From: Mobula hypostoma
Taxonomy: Eukaryota
Assembly: GCF_963921235.1 (NCBI RefSeq)
Contig: NC_086108.1
Location: forward strand, 69,690,001-69,754,000
Direction of reading: 5' to 3'
Length of the DNA stretch: 64,000 nt
Shown here: positions 12,571-26,770 of the stretch, in pieces
How positions within the stretch are numbered: the stretch's first letter is position 1
Layout of the letters: each line of letters opens with the position of its first letter
The notes under the pieces: generated by a model
What the model was told of the DNA's origin: nothing
Databases searched by the model: none
Seen by the model: only the letters and a program-made list of their open reading frames with translations
Translations under genes and position numbers: made by a program

Positions 12571-14791
12571 TGGATTGTCATCTGTTATTTGTTCTCTGCA
12601 AGTCAACCTTTCATGGTTGTCATTAGTAATTTAATTGTAATAATATGCTTGCTTTGGTGCTGTTTGGTAACATGATTGATCTTTCAAGCCTGACACATTT
12701 TATTACTGCCTGTGTAATGAATGATTAGGCTTGGGACCTGCTGAAGTTTCTACATTATTATAGAGTTATGCTGTTAATTATAACAAGTAATAAACAGTCT
12801 TTAAGCCTTGTTGTGTAATACTTTGCACATTACTTAGCAGCTTAAAAAAAAAGTCATTTACCAAAATGTGTATTGTTAGTATGTTTCATATCAAATAACA
12901 CATTTTTCATAAACCCAAGAAAGGATAAAATGCACAGACAACAATTTTTCTTATTCAGGAGCTAACACTGTTAAAAACAATAATTTGCATTTTTTCCTTT
13001 GTTTTTTAATATTTACCTGTGAAGAAACTGGATTTAATCCCTGTAGAAGTACACTGGATATGATCTTCATGTTTCAACATCAGAAGAAACCCAGAAATCT
13101 GATCAACCATGTTGCGTGTCTTTTTTTTCATCTTAGAAAAACTTTTAACTCAGCAGATCAGTGTGGACTTCTCAAATCTTGATGCCCTAAAAATACATTT
13201 CTGTCCTGTGTCTGCACATGATGTTAGACAAGTTGTGGTGGATCCATTGATAAGACAACAGACTGTCCGTCAGTGTAGACAAGTATCAAGCAAGACTGCT
13301 CATAATGACAAGGTTTTTCTTGTTCTTTCAGCAGAATTCAATCTGTCACTTTAACAAGCTTGTCACTGGGTTGCAGTTGATTTGCAAGACAAGTAGGGAA
13401 ATCATTCAATCCAGAACAAAGGACGTTATAATCTCAGTTGTTTAGCTGCAATATGCAGGCAACATTTGAATCTCATGGAGACTGAGCTCAAGTTGTGTTG
13501 ATTTGCTTACTGAAGCATATGAGATGCACAAAAGATTACTGCCAATCTGTTTGTGCTTCCCCTAACAATTGGCTCCACAGTTGGCTCTTGGAAAATGTAC
13601 CCCACTTCCTGTCCTTTGGGTAGGTGGGGAGTTTATTATGGGGAAATATTGCCTGGCAAAGGTATTCATTACAGTTGAAATTCACATTTAGTGTGTCACC
13701 ATGGGCTTTGAGTGATAATTGAAGATATGACTTCCAAGCATAAAGCTCCTGGCTTACAGTGCAGCAGCAAACCCTGTTGTTCTCGACGGTAGCAATCTTT
13801 AGTTACAGGAGAGAAAGAGCACAAATAATCCTATAAATCCAGGATAAACAAACGCATATCAGCATCCACCTCCAGACTAGTGTTCCCAGCATCTAGTTTT
13901 GCTGTGGCTTGTATGATCATGCCAAATTGTTTGTGTCCAGAACTAGATTCCCAAAATGGCTTCTTTATGCTGAGCTCCATTGTCTATCTGGTAATTTGTT
14001 ACCACAGGAGAAACAATTGAAGAATATTGTTAAAGTATTGCTGAAAAGGTGTAACATGCCTATCAATTTGTAGAAATCCCTGTTCAAGTTGATGTCAGCC
14101 AAGAACATTTGGAATTATGGAGAAAGGTAGAGCACATGTGAAGGTAGCTATCTACTTGCCAGTACCTTTTAAATGCTTTTTAAAATGGCTGTTGCAGGTC
14201 TCGATTGCTCTTGTCAGCCATGTTAGAGCCCACGGAAATAGTGGGATCTTGCTTCCATTTAACACTAAAGGGGCTATTTAAGAAGAATAAAGATAGTATT
14301 TGAATTTACAAGTCAAAGGAAACTCGGGGGCATGCAATTTCGAAAAGCATAGATCTAGATATGAGATTTGGAGTCGTTGCCACAAAATGGACCAAGATTT
14401 TGTGCATGACTTGGAGTTGATGCAAGGCTACTGCAAATTTTGACAGGGCGTTGAACAATATCCTGGCTCTGGGCTACATCAGAGTTGAGAAATATGTTGA
14501 AAGGATATTGCACAATGTGTGCTCTGGTTATTGCAGTTTGTTGGTAATTTTTTCATAGCCTTTTAGTTTGGAGAGGAAATCCTGTGAAATGAGTGACGCT
14601 GTCCATATTTTTGCTGTGTATGGCTATTGAATGATGGAAGTTGTTCAGATCAGGATGCATATTTGCACAATGACTTTGTAATATATTTGGTAAATCAGCT
14701 GATCAGTTGCCCATCCTGTTTAGGAGAAATTATTTGTTGCAATACATCACATTTTTCTTTTGCTGTATTAGACTGTAAGACCATAAGATAT

Positions 14792-14979
14792 AGGAGCTGA
14801 ATTCTCCCATTCAGCTGATCCAATTTTGCTCTCGGCCCCAGTCTCCTGCCTTCTACCCATATCCCTTCATGGCCTGACCAATCAAGGAGCTGAATTCTCC
14901 CATTCAGCTGATCCAATTTTGCTCTCGGCCCCAGTCTCCTGCCTTCTACCCATATCCCTTCATGGCCTGACCAATCAAG
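14792..14979. repeat. Perfect tandem duplication, 93-bp unit
   Basis: aggagctgaattctccc...gaccaatca occurs at 14792 and again at 14885. Confidence 0.9.
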
Positions 14980-15353
14980 AAACTATCAACCTCTGCCGTA
15001 AATATACATAAGACTTTGCCTTCACAGCAGCCTGTGGCAAAGAATTCCACTGATTCACCATTCTGACTGAAGAAATACACCCTCAATTTTGTTCTAAAGG
15101 ATGCCCCTTTATTCTGAGGCTGTGTCCTTTGGTCTTAGACTCTTCCACCATAGAGTGGATGTGGAGAGGATATTTCCCATCAAGGTCTTTCACTATTCCA
15201 TAGGATTAATGAGGTCACACCTCATTTTTCTGAATTCCAGTGAATACAGGATCAGAGCCATCAAACATTATTCATTTGCCATTCAATCCTGGAATCATCT
15301 TTGTTAACTTCCTTTGAACTCTCTCCAGTTTTAGCACATTCTCCTTGAAATTA

Positions 15354-15878
15354 GACATAGTCATACTTTATTGATCTCGGGGGAAATTGGTTTTCGTTAC
15401 AGTTGCACCATAAATAATTAATTAGTAATAAAACCATAAATAGTTAAATAGTAATATGTAATTTATGCCAGGAAATAAGTCCAGGACCAGCCTATTGGCT
15501 CAGGGTGTCTGACCCTCCAAGGGAGGAGTTGTAAAGTTTGATGGCCACAGGCAGGAATGACTTCCTATGACGCTCTGTGTTACATCTGGGTGGAATGAGT
15601 CTCTGGCTGAATATACTCCTGTGCCCAACCAGTCCATTATGTAGTAGATAGGAGACATTGTCCAAGATGGCATGCAACTTGGACAGCATCCTCTTTTCAG
15701 ACACCACCTTCAGAGAGTCCAGTTCCATCCCCACATCACTGGCCTTACGAATGAGTTTGTTGATTCTGTTGGTGTCTGCTACCCTCAGTCTGCTGCCCCA
15801 GCACACAACAGCAAACATGATTGCACTGGCCACCACAGACTCGTAGAACATCCTCAGCATCCTCGGCAGATGTTAAGG
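15354..15878 (-). mobile_element. Young Rex1/Babar-like LINE, 3' end
   Basis: ORF MLRMFYESVVASAIMFAVVCWG...ERHRKSFLPVAIKLYN; highly similar to 59496-59980. Confidence 0.88.
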
Positions 15879-18135
15879 GGCCCAAAACTGCTCACAATAC
15901 TCCAAGTGAGGCCTCACCAGTGCCTTATGAAGTCTCAAGGTTACATCCTTGCTTTTATATTCTAGTCCTCATGAAATGAATGCTAACATTGCATTTGCCT
16001 TCCTCACCACAGATTCAACCTGTAAGTTAACTTTTGGGGAATCCTGTACAAGAACTCCCAAGTCCCTTTGCAAATCAGTTTTTTGTATTTTCTCTCCATT
16101 TAGAAAATAGTGAACCTTTCATTTCTTCTACCAAAGTGCATGACCGTACACTTCCTGACACCATATTCCATCTGCCTTTCTCCTGATCTGTCTTGTGTCC
16201 TTCTGTAGCCCCTCTACTTCCTCAAAATTATCTGCCCCTCCACCAATCTTCATATCATCTGCAAGCCTTGCAACAAAGGCATTAATTTCATCATCCAAAT
16301 CAGTGACATATAATGTAAAAAGTATCAGTCCCAACATAGTCCCCTGTGGAACACCGCTAGTCACCAGCAGCCAGCCAGAAAAGGCTCCCTTTATTCCCAC
16401 TCCATGACTCCTGCCAATCAGCCACTATTTTTTCCATGCTAGAATCTTTCCTGTAATACCATGGGCTCTTAATTTGTTAAGCAGCCTCATGTGGCACCTT
16501 GTCAAAGGTCTTCTGAAAATCTGAGTACACAACATCAAACGATTCTCCTTTGTCTGTCCTATTTATTTCTTCAAAGAATTCTAGCACGTTCGTTAGACAA
16601 GATTTTCCCTTGAGGAAACCATGCTGACTATGGCCTATTTTATGATGTGTGTCCAAGTACACTGAAACCTCATCCTTAATCGATTCCAGCATCTTCCCAA
16701 TCACTGAAGTCAGGCTAACCAACCTATAATTTCCTTTCTCCTAAATAGATACCCCTATAGTGAATTTGTTCAAGAGGGAGCTGCACTACATGAGAGCGGC
16801 TTTTGCTGTGCCACAAAGAACAAGTGGCAGCTGAAAGAGGAGAGACTGAACAATAAAAGGACCCAACCATTAACCACAGTCACCACTAAGTCATGCCCAC
16901 ACTGCACCAGAATATGTTGATCCCAGATTGGCCTCTACAGCCCGCTGAGGACCCACTATTAGACAACCCCTTAGGAGCACATTATACCTGATCTGTGATT
17001 GTATACTACTGTAAAGAATGGAACAAGGTTGCATAGAAATGGGTACAATTCCAGAGATACAGGGAGGATGATTTCCTTGGTTGAGGAGAATGGAAATAGT
17101 AGCCAGCATCAAAGTGAGGCACAAGACATTCAGGATTGAGGCAATGTGAAATAGGTTGGTGACTCTTTGGAATTGTCTGTCCAGGAGGAATGTGGAGACT
17201 TGGTCATTGATTGCATTCAGAATTTTATTAAATAGAATTTTGGATATTAGTGGGATCAAGGGACATGACAATAGGACAGGTATTGAGTCAGAAGATCTTG
17301 TTGAGTAGACTTAGTGGGCTGAATGACCTATTCATGCTGCACTTGGATATTTTATTACTTGTGTATATTTTCTTACATTGTAGCAGGAGATAAGTGGCTA
17401 TGTTAGCTCTCAAATTATTCCCTTCCTCATTTCCCTGTAACTTTTTCTTTCTTGTGCCCAACGCAACTAGTTGTCCTGCAATCCATCCACACTGGGGCTA
17501 TTACGGTTTTAAATGTGATTGTTTTGTTTTAGTTGGAGAATTGTTTTTGTATGTGGAAAATTGCGAGATAATTTTAAAAAAAGTACCAGATAGAGAAATG
17601 TTTTGTAAGTGTATAAAAGTATCCTTCTGCTCAAATTAAGCTGGTAATAAGAATTTAAAATATCATGATTTCATTTGTAGTCCACCTTGTTTCTTTTTGT
17701 TGCTTTTGGTTTTACATCATTAGCTATTGTATATATGCTTGTGATTTGTTCATTTGGTGATTAATAATTTTTAAGCCATTGGCTTCTAGGAGTGACTATT
17801 TTCAACCCATGTATTTTTCTCCTGAGTGTCATAAAATGTGCCCCCCAGCCCCAACTGTAACATTTTGGATTTTTTGGGAGGTTTTTATTCTACACAAATC
17901 TATATTGCTTACTTCATGCTCCCTATTTCTAACAAAATTCAAGATTGGGCTTTTTTCCCAATAGTTCATTGGTTAATGTGCAATGAAAGTTATTTTTCTT
18001 CCCTTGTCAGAAAGATCATGCTTTGTAATTGGTTTCAGTATGTGAATTTGATCTGTTTTTTGTTATTGTATCTTAAAATCCGGTTCACATTACTTTTTTT
18101 TCTTCTCTCTCCCCCCCCACCCCCCCCCGCCCCAG

Positions 18136-18186
18136 TCCAAGGACAAAATGATGCGAGGTTCCCGAAGAGGCTGTGTCAGATTGAGG
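18136..18186 (+). CDS. OSBPL9: OSBPL9 coding exon 2
   Basis: Pyrimidine tract plus CAG acceptor; 51 nt encoding SKDKMMRGSRRGCVRLR; donor GTAAGT at 18187 (phase 0). Continues exon 1 in frame. Confidence 0.96.
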
Positions 18187-18819
18187 GTAAGTTTAATAAA
18201 TGCCACTGTTGGTACATATGTGGAATCATTGTTGATGTATCAAAATATTTTAAAACCTCAAGTTGTTGGATATTGGCTGTATATTTAAAATTTTCAATAA
18301 TTTCTGCTCAACATTCTTCATGTTGGCTTTGGTTTATCTTTTCTGTGAAATTGTTTGCTCCAAATTGTTGGCCAATTGATTTGACTTTCGTGCTCCGGTG
18401 AAAGCTAGTGCCTAACAAATTTTCTCCCATCTTATGAAATTCAGCGTGTCCCTGTCGACTCTTACCAATTTTTATGATGCACCATAGAAAGTGTTCTGTC
18501 TGAATGCATATCTACTTGGTATAGCAAGTGCTCTGCATAGGACTGCAAGAAACTGCAAAACTCTGCACAACTCTGCACATCATTGGACCAAACTCCCCCC
18601 TCTTAAATGTTAGAATTGATTCTTCACCCACTACTTCCACTGATTGCTCATTCCATAGTCACACCACCCTCCAAATGAAGAAACTGCTCCTCAGATTACC
18701 CTTAATTATTTCACCTTTCACCCTAAACCTATGAACTCTAGTTCTACTTTTACCCAACCTGGGGTAGGGGGGTAACCCTGCATACATTCACTCTATCAAT
18801 CCCCCTCAAATTTTGTATA

Positions 18820-19458
18820 CCATAAGACAAAGGAGCAGAAGTCGGCCATTCGACCCATCGAGTCTGCTCCGCCATTTTATCATGAGCTGATCCATTCTCC
18901 CATTTAGTCCCACTCCCCCGCCTTCTCACCATAACCTTTCATGCCCTGGCTACTCAGATACCTATCAATCTCTGCCTTAAATACGCCCAATGACTTGGCC
19001 TCCACTGCCGCCCATGGCAACAAATTCCATAGATTCACCACCCTCTGGCTAAAAAAATTCCTTCACATTTCTGTTCTGAATGGGTGCCCTTCAAGCCTTG
19101 AGTCATGCCCTCTCATACTAGGCTCCCCCATCATGGGAAACAACTTTGCCACATCCACTCTGTCCATGCCTTTTAACATTCGAAATGTTTCTATGAGGTT
19201 CCCCCCCCCCCCCATTCTTCTAAACTCCAAGGAATACAGTCCAAGAGCGGACAAACGTTCCTCATATGTTAACCCTCTCATTTCCGGAATCATTCTAGTG
19301 AATCTTCTCTGTACCCTCTCTAATGTCGGCACATCCTTTCTTAAATAAGGAGCCCAAAACTGCCCACAGTACTCCAAGTGAGGTCTTACCAGCACCTTAT
19401 AGAGCCTCAACATCACATCCCTGCTCCTATACTCTATTCCTCTAGAAATGAATGCCAG
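18820..19458 (-). mobile_element. Young CR1 3' fragment nested in an older CR1 (about 18600-20620)
   Basis: [19 protein letters not shown]...LERVQRRFTRMIP; same subfamily as 34880-35523. Confidence 0.9.
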
Positions 19459-21174
19459 TTTATAGGGACCTCTGTAAGATTGTCTCACCTTTCCCCTGTT
19501 GTTCTGCACTCCAGGAAATAAAGTTAACCTATCCTTATAACTTTGGTCATCAATTGTTGGCAACTTCTTTGTAAATTTTCTCTGTGCTCCTTTAATCTTA
19601 TTGATATTTTTCCTGAGGTAGGTGAGCAGAACAGCACACAATACTCAAAGGTACATTTTATTGTCAAAGTATGCATGTACAATACAACTCTGATATTTGT
19701 CTTCTCCAGATAGCTATGAAATACAGGAACTCCATGGGAGTTGTTGAAAGAAAAGACATAAACACCCCTGCCCCGTCATGAAAAAGAAACAAAACTCGTA
19801 AACCCCAAAGTCCCGTGCCCCTTCTCCCGCAGAAAAAACAGAGCGCCAATAACAATTCCCAACCTCCTGTCACTCACGGAAAAGAATAGAGACCGTAGCA
19901 TCCAAACCTCCAACTTTCCCTCTCGCACACAAACATGTTCATCCTCAGCAACATCTCGTACAAGTTAACATAACATCCCAACTCCTGTACTCAGACCCGA
20001 GGTAATGAAGACCAATGTGCAGAAAGGTCACTTTTTGACCCTATCTGCCTATGGTGTCAATTTCAAGGAATTGTGAATCTCTTGCCTGGTCCCTTTGCTC
20101 TACTGTACCCCTCAGAGCCCTACCATTCACTGTGCACCCTGGTTTGTCCTGCTAAAATGTAACACCTCACACTTGTCTGTATAAATTCCTTGTACCATTT
20201 ACTTTAACCCATTTCCCCATTTGGTTGAGATCATGCTGTAAGTTTTAATAACCTTTCTTGCTGTCCACTACACCCCTAATCTTGGTGTCAGCTGCACGTT
20301 TGCTGACCCAGTTTACTACATTATCATCCTAAATCACTAATATAAATGATAACCAATAATGGACCCAGCACTGATCCTCGCGTCACATCACAAGTCACAG
20401 TCCTCCAGTCAGAGAGACAACCATCTGCTTTTCCTGCTAAGCCAGTGTTGAATTCAAATGACTACTTTATCTTGAAAAGCATGCAATTCAAACTTCTGGA
20501 ACAGCCTCCCACGTGGGACTTTGTCTATATGGACTTTGGAAGACCTCTTAAATGTCCACTGTCTACTCTTCATCATCCTTCTTGATAGCTTCCTCCCTGA
20601 AAAACTAAGATTGGTTAGATATGGCCTACCTCGAAATATATACAATTCTGAAAAGGATAGATAAGATAGAGGAAGGAAAGTTGTTTCCACTGGTAAGTGA
20701 GACTAGAACTAGGGAGAATAACCTCAAGATTCGGGGAATAGATCAAGATGAGGAGAGACTGCTTTTCCCAGAAAACAGTGAATCTGTAGAGTTTCTTCCC
20801 TTGAAGCAGTAGAGGCTAACTTGATAAATACATTTAAGGCACAGTTCAATAGATTTTTGTATAGCAAGTGAGCCAAGGATTATGGGGAAAAGGCAAATTG
20901 GTGGAGCTGAGCCCATGGCCAGATCAGTCATGATCTTATTGAATGGAGGAGCCAGTTTAACGAGAAATGGGATATGGTGAGACAGGAGCAGAGGTGATTG
21001 GTAGAATGAGGAAAACTGAAGGTTAACAGGCAGGTTGAACCAGGTAGGGGAGGAGAGTGGTGGAGATGGGAGACAAAGATAGTTAGGTGTGGCTGAAGGT
21101 AAAGTGGGGGGGGGGTGAAAGGACAGGAAAAATATTGGTGGGAAGGTAAATGAAGGTGCGGATGGCTGCTGGAG

Positions 21175-21610
21175 TCACTTGATGTAAGTAAAACCAAGGA
21201 GCTGATTATTGACTTTAGGGGGAGGAAACTGGTGGTCCATGAGCCATTCCTCATCGGGGGTTCAGAGGTGGAGAAGTTCAGTAACTTTAAATTCCTCAGT
21301 GTTATAATTTCAGAGGATCTGTCCTGGGCCCAACACGTGTAATTATGAAGAAAGCATGACAGTGCCTCTTCTTCCTTAGGAGTTTGTGAGAATTTGGCAT
21401 GATGTCTAAAACTTTGACAAACTTCTATAGATGTGTAGTGGAGAGTATATTGACTAGTTGCATCACAGCCTGGTATGGAAACACCAATGCCCTTAAATGG
21501 AAAATGCCACAAAAAGTAGTGAATATAGCTCAGTCTATCACAGGTAAAGCCCTCCCAATCATTGAACACATTTACACGGAGTGCTGTAGGAGGAAAGCAG
21601 CATCCATCAC
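21175..21610 (+). mobile_element. Rex1/Babar-like LINE fragment
   Basis: KTKELIIDF and LTNFYRCVVESILTSCITAWYG motifs. Confidence 0.8.
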
Positions 21611-21616
21611 AAAATA

Positions 21617-23113
21617 ATCCGCAGATGCTGTTGTCAAAGGAATGCTCACAATGCGCTGGAGGAACCCAGCAGGTCAGTCAGCATCAGTTGAAAAGATTAG
21701 TTGACGTTTTGGGCCGAAACCCTTCGTCAGGACTGAAGGAAGAACTTTGGGGAGGGTTTGAAGAATGCTGGTAGTTGAAAAAAACAGTAATTTGAAAGAC
21801 AAAGGGTTGGGGGAGGGGAAGCAGGGAGGTGATTGGCAGGAGAACAATGCGCAGTAGTGGAAGGAGGCGGAACTATGAGGGAGGTGATATGAAATAAGGA
21901 TAGAGGAAGGGGGGGGAGGGAATTAACGGAAGTTGGAGAATTCTATGTTCATACCAAGGGACTGGAGACTACCTAGACGGTATATGAGGTGTTGCTCCTC
22001 CACCCTGAGTTTAGCCTCATCATGGCAGTAGAGGAGGCCATGTATGGACATATCTGAATGGGAAGCAGAGTTGAAGTGGGTGGCTACCGGGAGATCCTGT
22101 CTGTTGTGGTGGACGGAGTGGAGGTGCTCGATGAAGCGGTCCCCCAATCTGCGACGGGTTTCACTGATGTAGAGGAGGCTGCACCGGGAGCACCGGATGC
22201 AATAGATGACCCCAACAGATTCGCAAGTGGAGTGTTGCCTCACCTGGAAGGACTGTTTGGGGCCCTGAATGGTGGCAAGAGAGGAGGTGTAGGGCTGGGT
22301 GTAGCACTTACACTTACAGGGATAAGTGCCGGGTGGGAGATCCATGGGGATGGATGTGCGGATAAGTGAGTTGCGGAGGGATGGATCCCTGTGGAAAGCA
22401 GAGAGAGGTGGAGAGGGAAAGATGTGCTTAGTGGTGGGGTCCTGTTGAAGGTGGCGGAAGCTGCAGAGGATAATGTGCTGGATCCGGAGGCTGGTGGGGT
22501 GGTAGGTGAGGACAAGGGGAACTCTGTCCCTGTTGTGGTGGCGGGAAGATGGGGTGAGGGCCGAAGTGTGGGAAATGGAGGAGATGCGGGTGAGGTCATC
22601 ATTGATCACCGTAGAAGGGAAACCACAATCCTTAAAGAAAGATGACATTTGAGATGTCCTGGAACGGAAAGCCTCATCCTGGGAGCAGATGCAGCGGAGA
22701 CGGAGGAACTGGGAATAGGGAATGGCATTTTTACATGTGGCGGGGTGAGAAGAGGTATAGTTGAGGTAGTTATGAGAGTCAGTGGGCTTGTAGAAGATGT
22801 CAGTGGACAGTCTGTCTCCAGAGATGGAGACTGAGACATCGAGAAAGGGGAGAGAAGTGTCAGAGATAGACCAAGTGAATTTGAGGGCTGGGTGGAAGTT
22901 TGAAGTAAAGTCGATGAAATTGACGAGCTGAGCATGGGTGCAGGAAGCAGCACCAATGCAGTCGTCAATGTATCGAAGGAAAAGTTGGGGAGCAGTACCA
23001 GAATAGGTTTGGAGCACAGACTGTTACACATAACCAATGAAGAGGCAGGCGTAGCTGGGTCCCATGCGAGTTCCCATAGCTACACCCTTAGTCTGAAGAA
23101 AGTGGGAAGAGCC
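21617..23113 (-). mobile_element. Penelope-like retroelement, 5'-truncated (RT C-half, GIY-YIG endonuclease, terminal repeat)
   Basis: GVAMGTRMGPSYACLF, then one stop, then a 364-aa ORF with LRYIDD, LPFLD and VIYCIRCSRCSLLYISETRRRLGDRFIEH; hammerhead-like motif at 21699-21736. Confidence 0.93.
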
Positions 23114-23164
23114 ACTTTACCCTGCACATCTCCTTCATCACAACCAATTGACCTAAACTGCCCT

Positions 23165-23580
23165 TTCAGTTGAGGCAAAGAATGCTTGCACCACCTCCAA
23201 TTTGGACTGCTATATTTAGTACTCCCTGTATGGTCTCCTGTGTCAGTGATATGAAGTGCAAACTGGGTGACTATTTTGTACAGCACTTATGCTTTGAGAT
23301 CACATGTTATTGTGCACAATTATCTTTCCCATTCCCACACAGCCCTGTTTGACGTCTGCTTTCTCTACTGCCAGATGAGGGCCAACACAAAACTAGAGGA
23401 ATGACACTTCACATTCCACCAGGGTATCCGACAACCCAATGGCACAAATGTTGAGTCCTCCAGTTGGGTGTTCTCCTCATGTTTCCGCCCCATCTTTACC
23501 CCACTTCCCAGGCATTTGTTATCTACCTGGCCCTGTCTTTGAACTCCACCCTTAACCTGGCTTAACCTGCCTGTCATCGT
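23165..23580 (+). mobile_element. Old degraded Penelope endonuclease/3' fragment (resumes at about 24390-24495)
   Basis: Diverged similarity to the GIY-YIG C-terminus (ctctactgcc...aaactagaggaa...caacccaatggc). Confidence 0.55.
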
Positions 23581-23591
23581 TCATCCTTCCT

Positions 23592-24385
23592 TAGTACTCC
23601 AAAGAGCTGATTGTGGACTTCAGGAAGGGTAAGATGAAGGAACATGTACCAGTCCTCATAGAGGGATCAGAAGTGGAGAGAGAGTGCAGCTTCAAGTTCC
23701 TGGGTGTCAAGATCTCTGAGGATCTAATCTGGTCCCAATTTATTGATGTAGTCATAAAGAAGGCAAGACAGCGGCTATACTTTATTAGGAGTTTGAAGCA
23801 ATTTGGCATGTCAACAAATATGCTCAAGAGCTTCTATAGTTGTTCCATGGAGAGCATTCTGACAGGCTGCATCACTGTCTGGTATGGAGGGGCTACTGCA
23901 CAGGACCGAAAAAACCTGCAGAAGGTTGTAAATCTGTCAGCTCCATCTTGGGCACTAGCCTACAAAGTACCCAGGACATCTTTAGGAAGCGGTGTCTCAG
24001 GAAGGCAGCATCCATTATTAAAGACCTCCAGCATCCAGGGCATGCCCTTTTCTCACTGTTACCATCAGGTAGGAGATACAGAAGCCTGAAGGCACACACT
24101 CAGTGATTCAGGAACAGCTTCTTCCCCTCTGCCATCCGATTCCTAAATGGACTTTGAACCTTTGGACACTACTTCATTTTTTTTAATATGCCAGTAGTTT
24201 TGTTTTTGCACATTTTAAAATAATCTATTCAATATATATAATTGGTTTACTTGTTTATTATGTTTTATTTTATTTATTATGTTTTTTCTCTCTCAGCTAG
24301 ATTATGTATTGCATTGAACTGCTGTTGCTAAGTTAACAAATTTCACATCGCATGCCGGTGATAATAAACCTGATTCTGGTTCTGA
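23592..24385 (+). mobile_element. Rex1/Babar-like LINE, 3' portion
   Basis: FKFLGVKISEDL, KKARQRLYFIRSL, HPGHALFSLLPSGRRYRS; tail aataaacctgattctggttctga. Confidence 0.88.
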
Positions 24386-25334
24386 CTCCTATAATTCCCT
24401 GCTCCTCTTTATACTGGCTCTCTCCATACTGTCCTGAAATAATGACATCCCACCCCCCCCCCCCCAATACCTTGACCTTCTGAGTTCCTCCAGTAAATCT
24501 CTTATTATTTATTTCAATATCTTTTACCCATTGTAATTGTACCTGCCTCTAGCAGCTCTGTAGAATATTAGTGGAGGCTGCACCTTGAAGTTTGGATGAA
24601 TTTGGACGTCCTTCTTAAAGAACAATTCTCAGAGGGTTTGTATAACAAAAAGTTCACTTGAGTTGTGGAATAAGATATTGTTGCATGAAGAGATTGAAGA
24701 ATATCTGTACGTCATGGAGTGAAGATTGAATGTAATATCAATAAAACATCTTAAATTCTTAAAGGCCAGGACTGAGGAAATGTTACGAGGATATTTTTTA
24801 ATAGCTGCAACTAATGTCTGTGGCCTTGGAATAGTGGGTGGGGCATTTAGGATCAAGACGAGGAACAATATGTTCATAGATGTGAATCTATGATGTGAAA
24901 TGTAAATGTTTAATCTCTCATCAAGAAGGTTGCAGCTATTAGTCATGAGTTGTACCAGATCAATTGCTATGGATACTGTGGGATATGGGATAGCACAGAA
25001 GTTGTAGTTGAGCAAGATCAGCCATGCCATTTGTGAATGTTCGAGTATAAATGGTTATCTCTGTCCCCATTTCAATTCGATCCTTTGGATGCCAATGCAG
25101 CTCTTATTGTGACCCCCTTTGAGTAAATGGGTTTAAAGCTCTCCTTGCACCACCTCCAATTTGCTTCACTTTTTTTATTTTCAACTTGGAGAATGTAACT
25201 GTATGTTAAATGTAAATTCACAGATCACTTTCAGTTAGTATTTTTGGTTATAGTAATTTATTCAACCTTATTCATGACAAACTTCATAGGGTTTGTTCTT
25301 TTGAGGCACATTAATGTGCAAAAGTTTTTGTATT

Positions 25335-25472
25335 TGTGTGTGTGTATGTGTGTATATGTGTGTGTGTGTATGTGTGTATATGTGTGTGTGTATATATGTG
25401 TGTGTATATATATACACACACACACATATATGTATGTGTATGTGTGTATACGTGTATGCATAAATGTGTACA
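25335..25472. repeat. Compound (TG)/(TA)/(CA) microsatellite
   Basis: Alternating purine-pyrimidine run seen directly. Confidence 0.95.
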
Positions 25473-25559
25473 CAGAACCATTACATTTTTTAGCTCCTGT
25501 TCATTTGGTAAGAAGGTCAATATTGTACACAATAATGAAGATTGATATCCTTACGTTTG

Positions 25560-26770
25560 TTGGAACATAGGTCTGTTCTTATGCTGTACTGTTCTTTCAG
25601 CCCACAAGTTGTGCTAAACTAATTAAACTAGTAATTAAATGCTTAACTAAACAAATCCTTTTTGTGTACATAGTGTCCATATACCTCCATCTTCAGCACA
25701 TTCTTGCCCCTATCCAACAATTGGGGGCAGGGGAGTGGGAACCTTATTCACTTCTACCAACAACACTGGGAGTGCATTGAAGGCACTGACAACTCTAATT
25801 GAAAAATATCTGCCCTGCAGGCCCTTTAGTATGAGATATGTTAACCCCAGTGACAAAGGTGGCCACTCTCAATGTATGCCTCCCATAATCTTACACACTT
25901 TTATCAGGTAACCCTACTGTCTCTGCCGCTCCAGAGAAAACTGCCCAAGTTTATTCAACTCCTCCTCCATAGTACATGCCTTCTATTCCAGAAGGCATCC
26001 TGATTAACCTCTTCTACACCCATTCCGAAGCCCCTGCATCCTTTGTTTTATGGGGCAACTAGAATTGAATGCAATATTATAGATGGGACAAACCAGTTTT
26101 ATAAAGCTGCAACATAGCTGCTTTATTCTTTAACTTGGTACTTTGACTAATAAAGACAAGCATGCCAATGCCTTCATCCTATCAGTCTGTGCAGTCACCT
26201 TCAGGGAGCTTTGGATTTGGAAAGGGTATTGCCATGAACAGTGTACTGTTCCTCTACATTTGGTCTCCCAAAGTGCAATACCTTCCGCATGGCCAGATTA
26301 AATTCTATTTGGCACTTCACCCATCTGTGACTGGTATATATTCCTTACATAAATCTTTTACGTTATCCACAACATCACCAATCTTTGGTAGCATCTGTGA
26401 GTTTACCAACCAACCCACCCATCCACATTTTCATCCAGATAATTTGTATAAATAATAAACAGAAGTGTCTGCTTGAATCCCTGTAGTCACAGACCTCCAG
26501 CCAGACCAAGTCCCGTCAACCACTATTCTTTCGTCTTTGGGCAGGACAATTCTGAACTCAAATGGCCAATTCACTGTGGGTCCTATCATAATCTTTTGGA
26601 TGAGCCTTCCACCTTGTCAAACACCTTACTAAAATCCACATAGATAACATCCACAACTCTACCTTTATCGCCTCCTCGAAAGACTCAGTAAAGTTATTAA
26701 GACATGACTTGCCCTGCAAAAAGTCATGCTGACTGCCTTAATTTGGCCCAATCCTGATTTTCCAAATGCT
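25560..26770 (-). mobile_element. Old degraded CR1 fragment
   Basis: accttgtcaaacaccttactaaaatcca (DFSK-FDKV) and CR1-type 3' sequence. Confidence 0.7.

Larger units (their letters stand above)
14770..16740 (-). mobile_element. CR1 LINE fragment, interrupted by Rex1 at about 15354-15878
   Basis: VSLTSVIGKMLES, QHGFLKGKSCLTN, DFQKTFDKVPH, SGVPQG, ADDMKIGG; CR1 3' tail. Confidence 0.88.

Noticed and set aside
17838..18401. 187-aa ORF overlapping exon 2
   Set aside because: It is in a different frame from the real exon and is composed of intronic pyrimidine-rich sequence.
25244..25570. ORFs rich in CV/HT dipeptides
   Set aside because: Translations of a microsatellite.
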